A stretch of 48,257 nucleotides of DNA from Myxococcota bacterium (GTDB taxonomy: Bacteria; Myxococcota; JACRCW01). The notes under the pieces were generated by a model, which was not told the DNA's origin, did no database searches, and worked only from the letters and a program-made list of their open reading frames with translations. Shown in pieces: positions 39,335 through 47,822 of this stretch. The position numbers and the translations under genes were made by a program. Location of the stretch: assembly GCA_040752415.1 (NCBI GenBank), contig JBFMGU010000054.1:1-48257 (forward strand), given 5' to 3'. How positions within the stretch are numbered: the first letter of the stretch is position 1; every line of letters begins with the position of its first letter.

Positions 39335-42300
39335 TCAGAACCCGTCGCAGTCCTGGTCCACCGCGTTCTGCACGTCCACCACGTGGAAGCGCGGCTGATT
39401 GGACGCCTCGTCCACGGAGACCGTGAACACCGTCCCCTCCGACGTCACCGCGGCATCCACCGACGCGCCCGGCTCCCCGGTGGCGTCCACCGTCAGCGTC
39501 TCCCAGGTCCCGGAGACGTTGGTGGCCAGCATGAGGTCCCGCGCGTTCTGGTAGCGGTAGGCAATGTAGCCGTTCCCCGCGCCATCCAACGCCAGCGCCA
39601 GCTGCGCGCCACTGTCGTCGAGAGCGGCCACCAGCGTGGAGGTCCAGCCGCCGTTGCGCGTGGCCAGGCGCACGTCGCGCAGGTCCAGGTCATAATGGGC
39701 CACGTGCACGGTCCCGGCCGCATCCACGGCCAGGGACGCCTGGTAGCCCACGCGCCGCGTCACCTCCGCGGTCTCGCTGGCGGACCAGCCGGTGCCGTCG
39801 TGGAACAGGTAGCGCAGGTCGCCCGCGCCCACGTCCTGGTAGGCCACGTGCACCACGTCATTGCCATCCACCACCAGGGACGTATGCGCGCCCACGTCGT
39901 TGAGCGCGTCCACCACCTCCGCGACCAAACCCGACTCCAACGTGCCGGTCACGTGCCGCAGGTCCTTGGCGCTCTCGTCGCGGTGGGTGATGTGCACCGT
40001 CCCGTCGGAGGCCAGCCCCAGGCTGATGTCGACCGCGCTGCTGGTCTTGGCATCCGCCACCACGTGCGTGAAGACCCCGCCCTCCAGGCGGCCGTAGCGC
40101 AGCGTGTTGTTGGAGTCGTCCTGGTAGGCCACGTGCACCACGCCGCGCGCGTCCACCGCCACGTCGTCATGCGGGCCCATGGTGGTGGTGGCGTCCAAGA
40201 GCGTGTGGAACCAGACGCCTTCCCGCGGCCGCGCCAGGTGCAGCAGGGAGGTGGGGGAGTTGAGATAGGCCACGTGGGGAATCTCGCCCGGGCCCAATGC
40301 CAGCGTCGTGGCGCTCACGGAATCGGACTCGTCGATCAGGGTGCGGGGCGCCCGCAGGCCGGGGATGGCGTTGGTGGCGTGGCGCAGGTCATCCCTCCCT
40401 TCCTCGAAGTAGACCACGTGCCAGTTCCCGTCGGGGGAGACCGCCAGCGCGGTGTCGGCGGTGTCGGAATCATCCACGCGGATGACGCTCCAGTTGCCCG
40501 GCGTGCCCACCGCCACGGCAAGACCGTCGTCGTGGTGGCTGATGTACAGCGTGCCCGCGGCGTCGGCGGCAATGGAGGTGTACCAGCCGGCGTCGGGGGA
40601 GGTGCTCACCAGCTCGTTCTGCCACGTTCCCGCCGCGCCGCCACCGGTGCTCCACGCGTGGCGCAGGCGGTTCCCGGCGGCGTCGTAGTGGGCCATGTGC
40701 GGGTTGCCCAACGGGTCCAACGCCAGGGAGATGTGCCGCCCGCTGGAGCCGGTTGTGTCGACGGACTGCGGCGCCTCCCAGTTTCCCGGCGTGCCGCGCA
40801 GGTAGTTCAGCTCGGTGGCATCCTGCGCCAGGAAGGCCACGTGGAAGGTGCCCAGCGCGTCGCGCGCCAGCTTGATGTGATCTCCGTGGGAGACCGCCGG
40901 GCCGGGAATGTCCTCGGTGACCCAGGTGCCGCTGCCGTTGGAGGCCAGGTGGATCCTTCCCGTGCCCGAGGTGCGGTAGGCAATCCACGCGCCGTCGTCG
41001 TCGACCACCAGGGAGAGCGGATTGCCCGCGCCGCTGCCGGCGGCCACCGTCTCCCGCGGGGACCACGCGCCCGCCGCGCCACGCACGTACATCACCGCGT
41101 CCAGCGTGTCGGAGCGGTAGGCCAGGTGCACCGTGTCCTGCGCGTCCACGACGATGGCGGTGAACTTGCCCACCCCGCCCACGTTGTCCACCTCCTCGCT
41201 CTCCCAGGGTGCGCCCGGCGCCTTGCGGGCGTAGCGGAGCGCGGAGGCGCTGGCGTCGTAATACGCGGCGTGCAGGGTGCCGTTGGGCGTGCGGAACAGG
41301 GAGGGGTGCTCGCCGCGGGTGTTCAGACCGTCGACAATCTCCACGTGCGGCAACTGCGCGGAGGGCGCCAGCTCCAGGACGCGGTCGTTGTCCGCGTAGG
41401 AGAAGAGCACGTGCGGCCCGTCGCCGGCGGAGCCCACCGTGGCGCACGCGTGGTCGTTGAGGCCCACCTGCAGCACCGGCTCGACGAGGTAGTTGCCCAG
41501 CGTGCCCCACGGCCGCGCGGCGCCCAGGATGCGCCAGAGGGAATAGCTGGTGTTGCCCGTCGTCCCGTCCACGTCGGCGCGGAGGTAGCAGCCCACCAGC
41601 GCTCCCTCCGGCGTCACGGAGAGGGACCAGCGCACGCCGGCCTGCGCGCCATCATTCACCACCGTGCCCACGCTCCACACGCCGTTCTCCCGCCACGCGT
41701 GGCGCACGTCGTCGACGCTGTCCAGGTGGTAGAGGACGTGGACGCGCCGCTGCGCATCCAGCGCGATGGCGCTGCGCAGTCCGGCGCGGTCGGTGTCGTC
41801 GGCAATCTCCACCACCCAGGCGCCGGTGGCGTTGGTGGCGTAGCGCAGGTTGCGCGCGGTGGCGTCGTAGTAGGCCACGTGCAGCTTTCCCTCGGGATCC
41901 GCGGCCAGGGACGCGTACTGGCCCGTCACGCCGCCCTGGTCCACCACCGTGGCCGCCGACCAGGCCCCACCCGCCAGCGTCTGGTACAGGAGGTCGCCCG
42001 CGGTGGCGTCGTGGTGGACCACGTGCAGCGCACCGTCGGGAGTGGCGGCCGCCGCCGCGTACAGACCCACGGTGTGACCCAGCACCGCGGGGACCGTCTG
42101 GGTGGTCCAGGTGCCGGAAGCATTGCTGGCGTGTCGCAGCACCTGACCGGCCTGGTAGACAATGTGCACGTGGTCCAGCGCGTCCACCGCCAGCGTGGCG
42201 TAGCGTCCCACGTCGCCACTGTCGTCAATGCGCGCCACCTCCCAGCGGCCGCTGCGGTTGGTGGCGTACTCCAGGCAGGTCTGCACCGGGTTGTACCAGG

Positions 42301-43198
42301 CGGCGTGCGTGGCTCCGCTGGCGTCGACGGAAGAGGTCAGCCACTGGCCGCGCTTGCCCGCCAGGTCCATCGCCTGCGCCGTCACCTGGATGCCCTCCAG
42401 CGGGTCGGGCGCGCCTGGGACCACGGTGGCGTCGTCGTCGTTGCAGTCGGTGCCGCCGGGACATTGCGCGTCCACCACGCCGTCGGAGTCCAGGTCGCGG
42501 AACGCCGTGCCCACGCAGCTGCCGGCAACGTTGCACTCGCTGGCCAGTGAGCACGCGTCTCCGTCGTCGCACGGCGTGCCCGGCTGCTTGTTGATCCAGT
42601 CCACCACCGCCAGCTGCGCGCACACCTGGCAGAAGTTGTCCGGGTGGTCCGTCCCGGGCGGGAAGCACTGGTCCCCCGCGGAGCACCCGTTGGTGCACGT
42701 CACGCCGCCGCTGGAGCTGGAGGACAGGGTGACCCCGCCGCTGGTGGAGGTCCCGGTGCTGCCCAGTGACGACGAGGACCCGCCGCCGGTGCTGGTGCTG
42801 CTGGAAGCGGAGGAAGACGAGGAGGACCCGCCGGTCGACGTGGTGGCGCCGGCGCTCGACGAGGAGGAGCCGGTGGTGCTGGTGGAGAGGGAAGCGGCGG
42901 ACGACGTCGCGGAGGATGCGCCGCTGGAAGTTGCCGACGACGAAGCAGCGGACGAAGACGCTGTTGACGACGACTCCGCGAGTCCCGCGTCGCCACCCCC
43001 GGCCACCGCGCCCGGCTCACAACGACCGTCCTGGCAGTGCTGATCAATGCCGCACTCCGCGTGGGTGTTGCACAACCTCACGCAGCGGTTGCCCTCCCGG
43101 ATCTCTCCCTCCACGCACTCCACGCAGGCGCTGCTCCACGTCGATATCAGGCCCACCAGGAGGAGCGGCGGGGACAAGCGGTGGATGCGGGCAGCCAT
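39335..43198 (-). CDS. Large lipoprotein: Cys-rich domains, Ser linker, ~20 beta-propeller blade repeats
   Basis: SSAC lipobox; repeats of G.Y.SLA.D..G..H.AY.D.....LRYA......W....VD. Confidence 0.88.
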   Translation of the reverse strand: MAARIHRLSPPLLLVGLISTWSSACVECVEGEIREGNRCVRLCNTHAECGIDQHCQDGRCEPGAVAGGGDAGLAESSSTASSSAASSSATSSGASSATSSAASLSTSTTGSSSSSAGATTSTGGSSSSSSASSSTSTGGGSSSSLGSTGTSTSGGVTLSSSSSGGVTCTNGCSAGDQCFPPGTDHPDNFCQVCAQLAVVDWINKQPGTPCDDGDACSLASECNVAGSCVGTAFRDLDSDGVVDAQCPGGTDCNDDDATVVPGAPDPLEGIQVTAQAMDLAGKRGQWLTSSVDASGATHAAWYNPVQTCLEYATNRSGRWEVARIDDSGDVGRYATLAVDALDHVHIVYQAGQVLRHASNASGTWTTQTVPAVLGHTVGLYAAAAATPDGALHVVHHDATAGDLLYQTLAGGAWSAATVVDQGGVTGQYASLAADPEGKLHVAYYDATARNLRYATNATGAWVVEIADDTDRAGLRSAIALDAQRRVHVLYHLDSVDDVRHAWRENGVWSVGTVVNDGAQAGVRWSLSVTPEGALVGCYLRADVDGTTGNTSYSLWRILGAARPWGTLGNYLVEPVLQVGLNDHACATVGSAGDGPHVLFSYADNDRVLELAPSAQLPHVEIVDGLNTRGEHPSLFRTPNGTLHAAYYDASASALRYARKAPGAPWESEEVDNVGGVGKFTAIVVDAQDTVHLAYRSDTLDAVMYVRGAAGAWSPRETVAAGSGAGNPLSLVVDDDGAWIAYRTSGTGRIHLASNGSGTWVTEDIPGPAVSHGDHIKLARDALGTFHVAFLAQDATELNYLRGTPGNWEAPQSVDTTGSSGRHISLALDPLGNPHMAHYDAAGNRLRHAWSTGGGAAGTWQNELVSTSPDAGWYTSIAADAAGTLYISHHDDGLAVAVGTPGNWSVIRVDDSDTADTALAVSPDGNWHVVYFEEGRDDLRHATNAIPGLRAPRTLIDESDSVSATTLALGPGEIPHVAYLNSPTSLLHLARPREGVWFHTLLDATTTMGPHDDVAVDARGVVHVAYQDDSNNTLRYGRLEGGVFTHVVADAKTSSAVDISLGLASDGTVHITHRDESAKDLRHVTGTLESGLVAEVVDALNDVGAHTSLVVDGNDVVHVAYQDVGAGDLRYLFHDGTGWSASETAEVTRRVGYQASLAVDAAGTVHVAHYDLDLRDVRLATRNGGWTSTLVAALDDSGAQLALALDGAGNGYIAYRYQNARDLMLATNVSGTWETLTVDATGEPGASVDAAVTSEGTVFTVSVDEASNQPRFHVVDVQNAVDQDCDGF

Positions 43199-43374
43199 GC
43201 ACGGTCCTCTCCGCCAGCAGCGGCGCAACCCGGAGGTTAGTGGGCGCGCTCCCCGCGTGTCACGGCGACGGCAGACACCCGTGTGCTCCAGCGCACCACA
43301 CTCCTTGAGGCCGGGGGGCATCTCCGGTAGATGCGCGCCCGTCATTGCGGCCGGTGCGCCGTCGAGGAGAGAGC

Positions 43375-44775
<1,401 letters not shown>

Positions 44776-45126
44776 ATCCCCTCGCCGCGACGCCCCCCCT
44801 CGCGCCGCGGCACCCTCTTCCTTCCAACGACAACATCACGAGACGCGTGGGCGGCACCGAGCCCGGTGTCGGGCGGCCGCGCGCCCTTCCGCGTGGGCGG
44901 AGCGCCGGTCCCGACCGCACGCGGCTCGTCGCATCTGGCGGACGCTCGCGCGGGGGTAACCGTGAATCCATCGCGGAATTGATCAGGGGGACCAGGAACC
45001 GCCGGGTGGCTTCAACAGTAGGTATGCGTGAATTGATGGATGGTTCATAGAGAAGAACCGAAATCCGGACGAAGCGTGATGAAGGAAAAAAATCACCGGA
45101 TCCGGATCGACTTTGAAGCTTTCGAC

Positions 45127-45155
45127 TTGACGCGCGTCTATCCGCTGCGTAGGTT
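45127..45155 (+). promoter_or_regulatory. Sigma70-type promoter for the tRNA array
   Basis: TTGACG-17 nt-TAGGTT with an upstream A-tract. Confidence 0.7.
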
Positions 45156-45192
45156 GCATATCAGCTCATCTCAACCCGGAGCTTGGCCTTCC

Positions 45193-45351
45193 ATGTTGAC
45201 CCGTCGCTGTTCACACAAGTGGTTGCGGACGCCCAAAGGCGTCACGCTGCCCGTGTGCCCGCGGCAGGAAGGCGTGTATCTGGGTATTGGCAGCTCGGCG
45301 CGCAATCCGGCAGGGATGTTCCTTCGTGATTCCGCGTGTCCCGGCCCCTAG
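45193..45351 (+). CDS. Putative leader peptide (52 aa) of the tRNA-array attenuator
   Basis: GGAG 11 nt before ATG; MLTRRCSHKWLRTPKG...SACPGP; TAG lies inside the 5' arm of the antiterminator. Confidence 0.5.
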   Translation: MLTRRCSHKWLRTPKGVTLPVCPRQEGVYLGIGSSARNPAGMFLRDSACPGP

Positions 45352-45392
45352 AGATTCCAAGGACTTGTCCTGTTTGGACTCTGGAGGCCGGG
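45340..45392 (+). promoter_or_regulatory. Antiterminator hairpin
   Basis: CCCGGCCCCTAGAG (45340-53) pairs with CTCTGGAGGCCGGG (45379-92); inner helices TCCAA/TTGGA and GGAC/GTCC. Confidence 0.65.
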
Positions 45393-45425
45393 TGACCTGA
45401 GTGGTTCCCCGGCCTCTTTCATTTT
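45384..45425 (+). terminator. Intrinsic terminator (attenuator) upstream of the first tRNA
   Basis: GAGGCCGGG...CCCGGCCTC followed by TTTCATTTT. Confidence 0.78.
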
Positions 45426-45490
45426 CGGCCCTGCCACGGGCCATTTTTCGAGGTGGTTGCCGTATGTCGGTGACACAGACCCGGTAATAC

Positions 45491-45561
45491 AGGTCGCGAT
45501 CTGGGATCAGTGCGGTCTCCAAAACCGCGCGTGCAGGGTTCGATTCCTTGGCGGCCTGCCA
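45491..45561 (+). tRNA. tRNA-Trp(CCA), short D-arm
   Basis: Acceptor AGGTCGC/GCGGCCT; anticodon arm GCGGT-CTCCAAA-ACCGC; T-loop TTCGATT; encoded CCA. Confidence 0.85.
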
Positions 45562-45564
45562 GAT

Positions 45565-45637
45565 GCCCTGATCGTCCAGTGGCTTAGGACAGCTGTTTCG
45601 TAATCAGCAGACGACGGTTCGAGTCCGTCTCGGGGCT
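45565..45637 (+). tRNA. tRNA-Thr(CGT)
   Basis: GCCCTGA/TCGGGGC; loop TTCGTAA; TTCGAGT. Confidence 0.88.
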
Positions 45638-45670
45638 TCGTGTTGCCTTCGTCCGCCAGACGAAGCGCGT

Positions 45671-45746
45671 GTGGTTGGAGCTCGGGCAGGAGAGCGCTGC
45701 GTTGCCAACGCAGAGGTCGCGGGTGCAACTCCCGTCAACCACTCCA
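45671..45746 (+). tRNA. tRNA-Gly(GCC), TGC T-loop
   Basis: GTGGTTG/CAACCAC; CTGCG-TTGCCAA-CGCAG; TGCAACT; CCA. Confidence 0.88.
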
Positions 45747-45822
45747 GAACGGCAGTTTCCGTCGTCATCACCCGGTGACGAGGGGCAGGCGGTCCCATGT
45801 CCTCACGCGTGGGGTGGCATGG

Positions 45823-45838
45823 CTTTGACAATTGAATA
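45823..45838 (+). promoter_or_regulatory. boxA-like antitermination motif
   Basis: CTTTGACAATTGAATA, preceded by hairpins, resembles rrn leader/spacer boxA. Confidence 0.6.
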
Positions 45839-45851
45839 GGGCAGCGATTCT

Positions 45852-45926
45852 GGGTCCGTGGTGAAACGGACGAATCATACCTGGCTCTTACCCAGCGAGT
45901 TGCGGGTTCAAATCCCGCCGGACCCA
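45852..45926 (+). tRNA. tRNA-Lys(CTT)
   Basis: GGGTCCG/CGGACCC; loop CTCTTAC; TTCAAAT. Confidence 0.88.
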
Positions 45927-45933
45927 GCTTTTT

Positions 45934-46006
45934 CCCTTCGTGGCGTAATGGAGAGCGCACCCGGCTTCTAACCGGAGAGGTCCAGGTTCAACTCCTGGCG
46001 AGGGGA
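45934..46006 (+). tRNA. tRNA-Arg(TCT)
   Basis: CCCTTCG/CGAGGGG; loop CTTCTAA; TTCAACT. Confidence 0.9.
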
Positions 46007-46017
46007 TTTCTCGTCGT

Positions 46018-46088
46018 GCGGGACTGGCGTAGCGGAAACGTGCCGGTCTTCCAAACCGGAGTCGAGGGTTCGACTCCCTCGTCCCGCA
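46018..46088 (+). tRNA. tRNA-Gly(TCC)
   Basis: GCGGGAC/GTCCCGC; CCGGT-CTTCCAA-ACCGG; TTCGACT. Confidence 0.9.
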
Positions 46089-46150
46089 TGTTCACGGGTG
46101 ATGGTTTCACCGTGGGCACACCCCGCGGAACTGGCGCCGTCACCTTCCAC

Positions 46151-46223
46151 TCCAGCGTCGCACAATGGTCAGTGTACCCGCCTTTTAAGCGGAGAGATGC
46201 AGGTTCGAGTCCTGCCGCTGGAA
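46151..46223 (+). tRNA. tRNA-Lys(TTT) with Asn-like body
   Basis: TCCAGCG/CGCTGGA; loop CTTTTAA; TTCGAGT; A73. Confidence 0.9.
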
Positions 46224-46234
46224 TTCCAGTTTCG

Positions 46235-46307
46235 TACCGGGTTCGTCCAACGGAAGGGCCGCTGGCTTTGACCCAGCAGACGTGGGTTCGACTCCCTCAC
46301 CCGGCAG
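46235..46307 (+). tRNA. tRNA-Gln(TTG)
   Basis: CCGGGT/ACCCGG; GCTGG-CTTTGAC-CCAGC; TTCGACT; ends ambiguous by 1 nt. Confidence 0.85.
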
Positions 46308-46313
46308 CTGTGT

Positions 46314-46389
46314 TCCAGCGTCGCATAATTGGCAGTGCGTCCGGCTGTTAACCGGAATGGTGCAGGTTCGAGTCCTGCCGCTGGAGCCA
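46314..46389 (+). tRNA. tRNA-Asn(GTT)
   Basis: TCCAGCG/CGCTGGA; TCCGG-CTGTTAA-CCGGA; G73; CCA. Confidence 0.93.
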
Positions 46390-46396
46390 TCCTCCT

Positions 46397-46472
46397 CGTC
46401 GCCTACCCAACCCGGTGAAGGGACCGGTCTGCAAAACCGGACAGGCGGGTTCAACTCCCGCGGCGACGTCCA
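46397..46472 (+). tRNA. tRNA-Cys(GCA)
   Basis: CGTCGCC/GGCGACG; CCGGT-CTGCAAA-ACCGG; U73; CCA. Confidence 0.9.
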
Positions 46473-46476
46473 ACAC

Positions 46477-46551
46477 GATCCCGTCGGCCAATGGTGAAGC
46501 TGCCGCTCTTTCAAAGCGGAGATGCGGGTTCAATTCCCGCCGGGATTACCA
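46477..46551 (+). tRNA. tRNA-Glu(TTC)
   Basis: GATCCCG/CGGGATT; CCGCT-CTTTCAA-AGCGG; CCA. Confidence 0.9.
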
Positions 46552-46553
46552 AC

Positions 46554-46625
46554 GGTCCTGTCGGCCAACGGTCAAGCCGCCGCACTCTCAACGCGGAAAT
46601 GCGGGTTCAATTCCCGTCGGGATCA
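46554..46625 (+). tRNA. tRNA-Glu(CTC)
   Basis: GGTCCTG/CGGGATC; loop CTCTCAA; TTCAATT. Confidence 0.88.
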
Positions 46626-46629
46626 TCAT

Positions 46630-46701
46630 CGGCGTGTGGCGCAGCGGGAGCGCGCCCGGTCTGGGCCCGGGAGGTCGGGGGTTCAACTCCCTCCACGCCG
46701 A
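46630..46701 (+). tRNA. tRNA-Pro(TGG), C at position 33
   Basis: CGGCGTG/CACGCCG; CCCGG-TCTGGGC-CCGGG; TTCAACT. Confidence 0.85.
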
Positions 46702-46716
46702 TCCACATTTTCTCGT

Positions 46717-46791
46717 CGGGCTGTAGCGCAGCAGCAGCGCACTCCGTTGGGGACGGAGGGGTCGCGGGTGCAACTCCCGCCAGTCCGACCA
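46717..46791 (+). tRNA. tRNA-Pro(GGG), TGC T-loop
   Basis: CGGGCTG/CAGTCCG; CTCCG-TTGGGGA-CGGAG; TGCAACT; CCA. Confidence 0.88.
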
Positions 46792-46795
46792 GCAC

Positions 46796-46872
46796 CCGTG
46801 TGTAGCTCAGCCTCGCAGAGCGCCTGGGTCGGGACCAGGAGGGCGTCGGTGCAAATCCGGCCACACGGACCA
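46796..46872 (+). tRNA. tRNA-Pro(CGG), TGC T-loop
   Basis: CCGTGTG/CACACGG; CCTGG-GTCGGGA-CCAGG; TGCAAAT; CCA. Confidence 0.88.
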
Positions 46873-46936
46873 CTCCCTCGCGATGGTGGTCAATCGCAAC
46901 CCGCGGCCGACGGCGGGTCCCCTCGTCGGCAGTTTC

Positions 46937-47008
46937 GCGCGCGTCTTCCAATGGCCAGGAAAGCCGCCTGATAAGCGGACAATGGAGGTTCAATTCCTCC
47001 CGCGCGCA
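46937..47008 (+). tRNA. tRNA-Ile(GAT)
   Basis: GCGCGCG/CGCGCGC; loop CTGATAA; TTCAATT. Confidence 0.88.
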
Positions 47009-47014
47009 TCGGAT

Positions 47015-47090
47015 GGTGGTCGTCGTCCAATGGTCAGGACACCTGGTTGTGACCCAGGAAATGCGGGTTCAATTCCCGTCGATCACCCCA
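47015..47090 (+). tRNA. tRNA-His(GTG) including G-1
   Basis: G-1:C73; GTGGTCG/CGATCAC; CCTGG-TTGTGAC-CCAGG; CCA. Confidence 0.93.
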
Positions 47091-47095
47091 GTCAT

Positions 47096-47167
47096 GGCTC
47101 CGTGCGCCTCTGGTGAAGCGGCTGCCCTGTCAAGGCAGTGAGGAGGGTTCAAATCCCTTCGGAGCCG
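47096..47167 (+). tRNA. tRNA-Asp(GTC)
   Basis: GGCTCCG/CGGAGCC; CTGCC-CTGTCAA-GGCAG; G73. Confidence 0.9.
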
Positions 47168-47174
47168 TTTTTGT

Positions 47175-47247
47175 GGGTCGTGAGCAGGTCTGGTGATTGC
47201 ACGCGTCTGAAACACGCGCCAACCCGGTTCGATCCCGGGACGACCCA
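47175..47247 (+). tRNA. tRNA-Phe(GAA)
   Basis: GGGTCGT/ACGACCC; CGCGT-CTGAAAC-ACGCG; TTCGATC. Confidence 0.87.
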
Positions 47248-47260
47248 AGTAAACCATCAC

Positions 47261-47349
47261 GGCGTTGAATGCTCGGGTGGGCCCGACAGCTGTCTGTAAA
47301 ACAGCCGCGTCCCTGAGACGCAATGAGGGTTCGATTCCCTCCGACGCCA
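47261..47349 (+). tRNA. tRNA-Tyr(GTA), long variable arm, atypical D-arm
   Basis: GGCGTTG/CGACGCC; GCTGT-CTGTAAA-ACAGC; variable arm GCGTC/GACGC. Confidence 0.85.
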
Positions 47350-47356
47350 TTCACGT

Positions 47357-47432
47357 GGGGCTGTAGCTCCAACAGGAGAGCGCCGCTTTCGCACTGCGGA
47401 GGTTGCGGGTGCAATTCCCGCCGGCTCCACCA
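47357..47432 (+). tRNA. tRNA-Ala(CGC), TGC T-loop
   Basis: GGGGCTG/CGGCTCC with G3:U70; loop TTCGCAC; TGCAATT; CCA. Confidence 0.9.
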
Positions 47433-47436
47433 TCAC

Positions 47437-47508
47437 ACCCACGTGGCTCAACAGCAGAGCGCCGCCATGACAAGGCGGAGGTTGCAGGTGCGATTCCTGC
47501 CGTGGGGA
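47437..47508 (+). tRNA. tRNA-Val(GAC), TGC T-loop
   Basis: ACCCACG/CGTGGGG (1:72 mismatch); CCGCC-ATGACAA-GGCGG; TGCGATT. Confidence 0.83.
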
Positions 47509-47509
47509 C

Positions 47510-47580
47510 GGGGCTGTCGTTCAATGGGAGGACAGCGGCTCGGCATGCCGCAGATGCGGGTTCAACTCCCGCCAGCTCCA
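47510..47580 (+). tRNA. tRNA-Ala(GGC), C at position 33
   Basis: GGGGCTG/CAGCTCC with G3:U70; GCGGC-TCGGCAT-GCCGC. Confidence 0.87.
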
Positions 47581-47586
47581 TTTCTC

Positions 47587-47657
47587 GTCGCCATGGCTCG
47601 AAGGTCGAGCACGCCCCTGGTACGGGCGAGGTCCGGGTTCAATTCCCGGTGGCGGCT
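47587..47657 (+). tRNA. tRNA-Thr(GGT)
   Basis: GTCGCCA/TGGCGGC; CGCCC-CTGGTAC-GGGCG; TTCAATT. Confidence 0.9.
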
Positions 47658-47660
47658 CAT

Positions 47661-47733
47661 GCCCACGTAGCTCAACAGAGAGAGCGTCCGGCTCCGAACC
47701 GGGAGGCTGCAGGTGCAACTCCTGTCGTGGGTG
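47661..47733 (+). tRNA. tRNA-Arg(CCG), TGC T-loop
   Basis: GCCCACG/CGTGGGT; TCCGG-CTCCGAA-CCGGG; TGCAACT. Confidence 0.87.
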
Positions 47734-47742
47734 CTCGTTTGA

Positions 47743-47816
47743 TTCCCCGTGGTCCAACGGAATGAAGACACCTGGCTACGAACCAGGAGATGGAGGTTCG
47801 ACTCCTCCCGGGGAAA
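47743..47816 (+). tRNA. tRNA-Arg(ACG)
   Basis: TTCCCCG/CGGGGAA; CCTGG-CTACGAA-CCAGG; TTCGACT. Confidence 0.9.
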
Positions 47817-47822
47817 TCTTGC

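Noticed and set aside
45040..45192. Extending the leader ORF to 103 aa
   Set aside because: The extension spans the predicted promoter; ATG 45193 has an RBS-like GGAG downstream of the expected start site.
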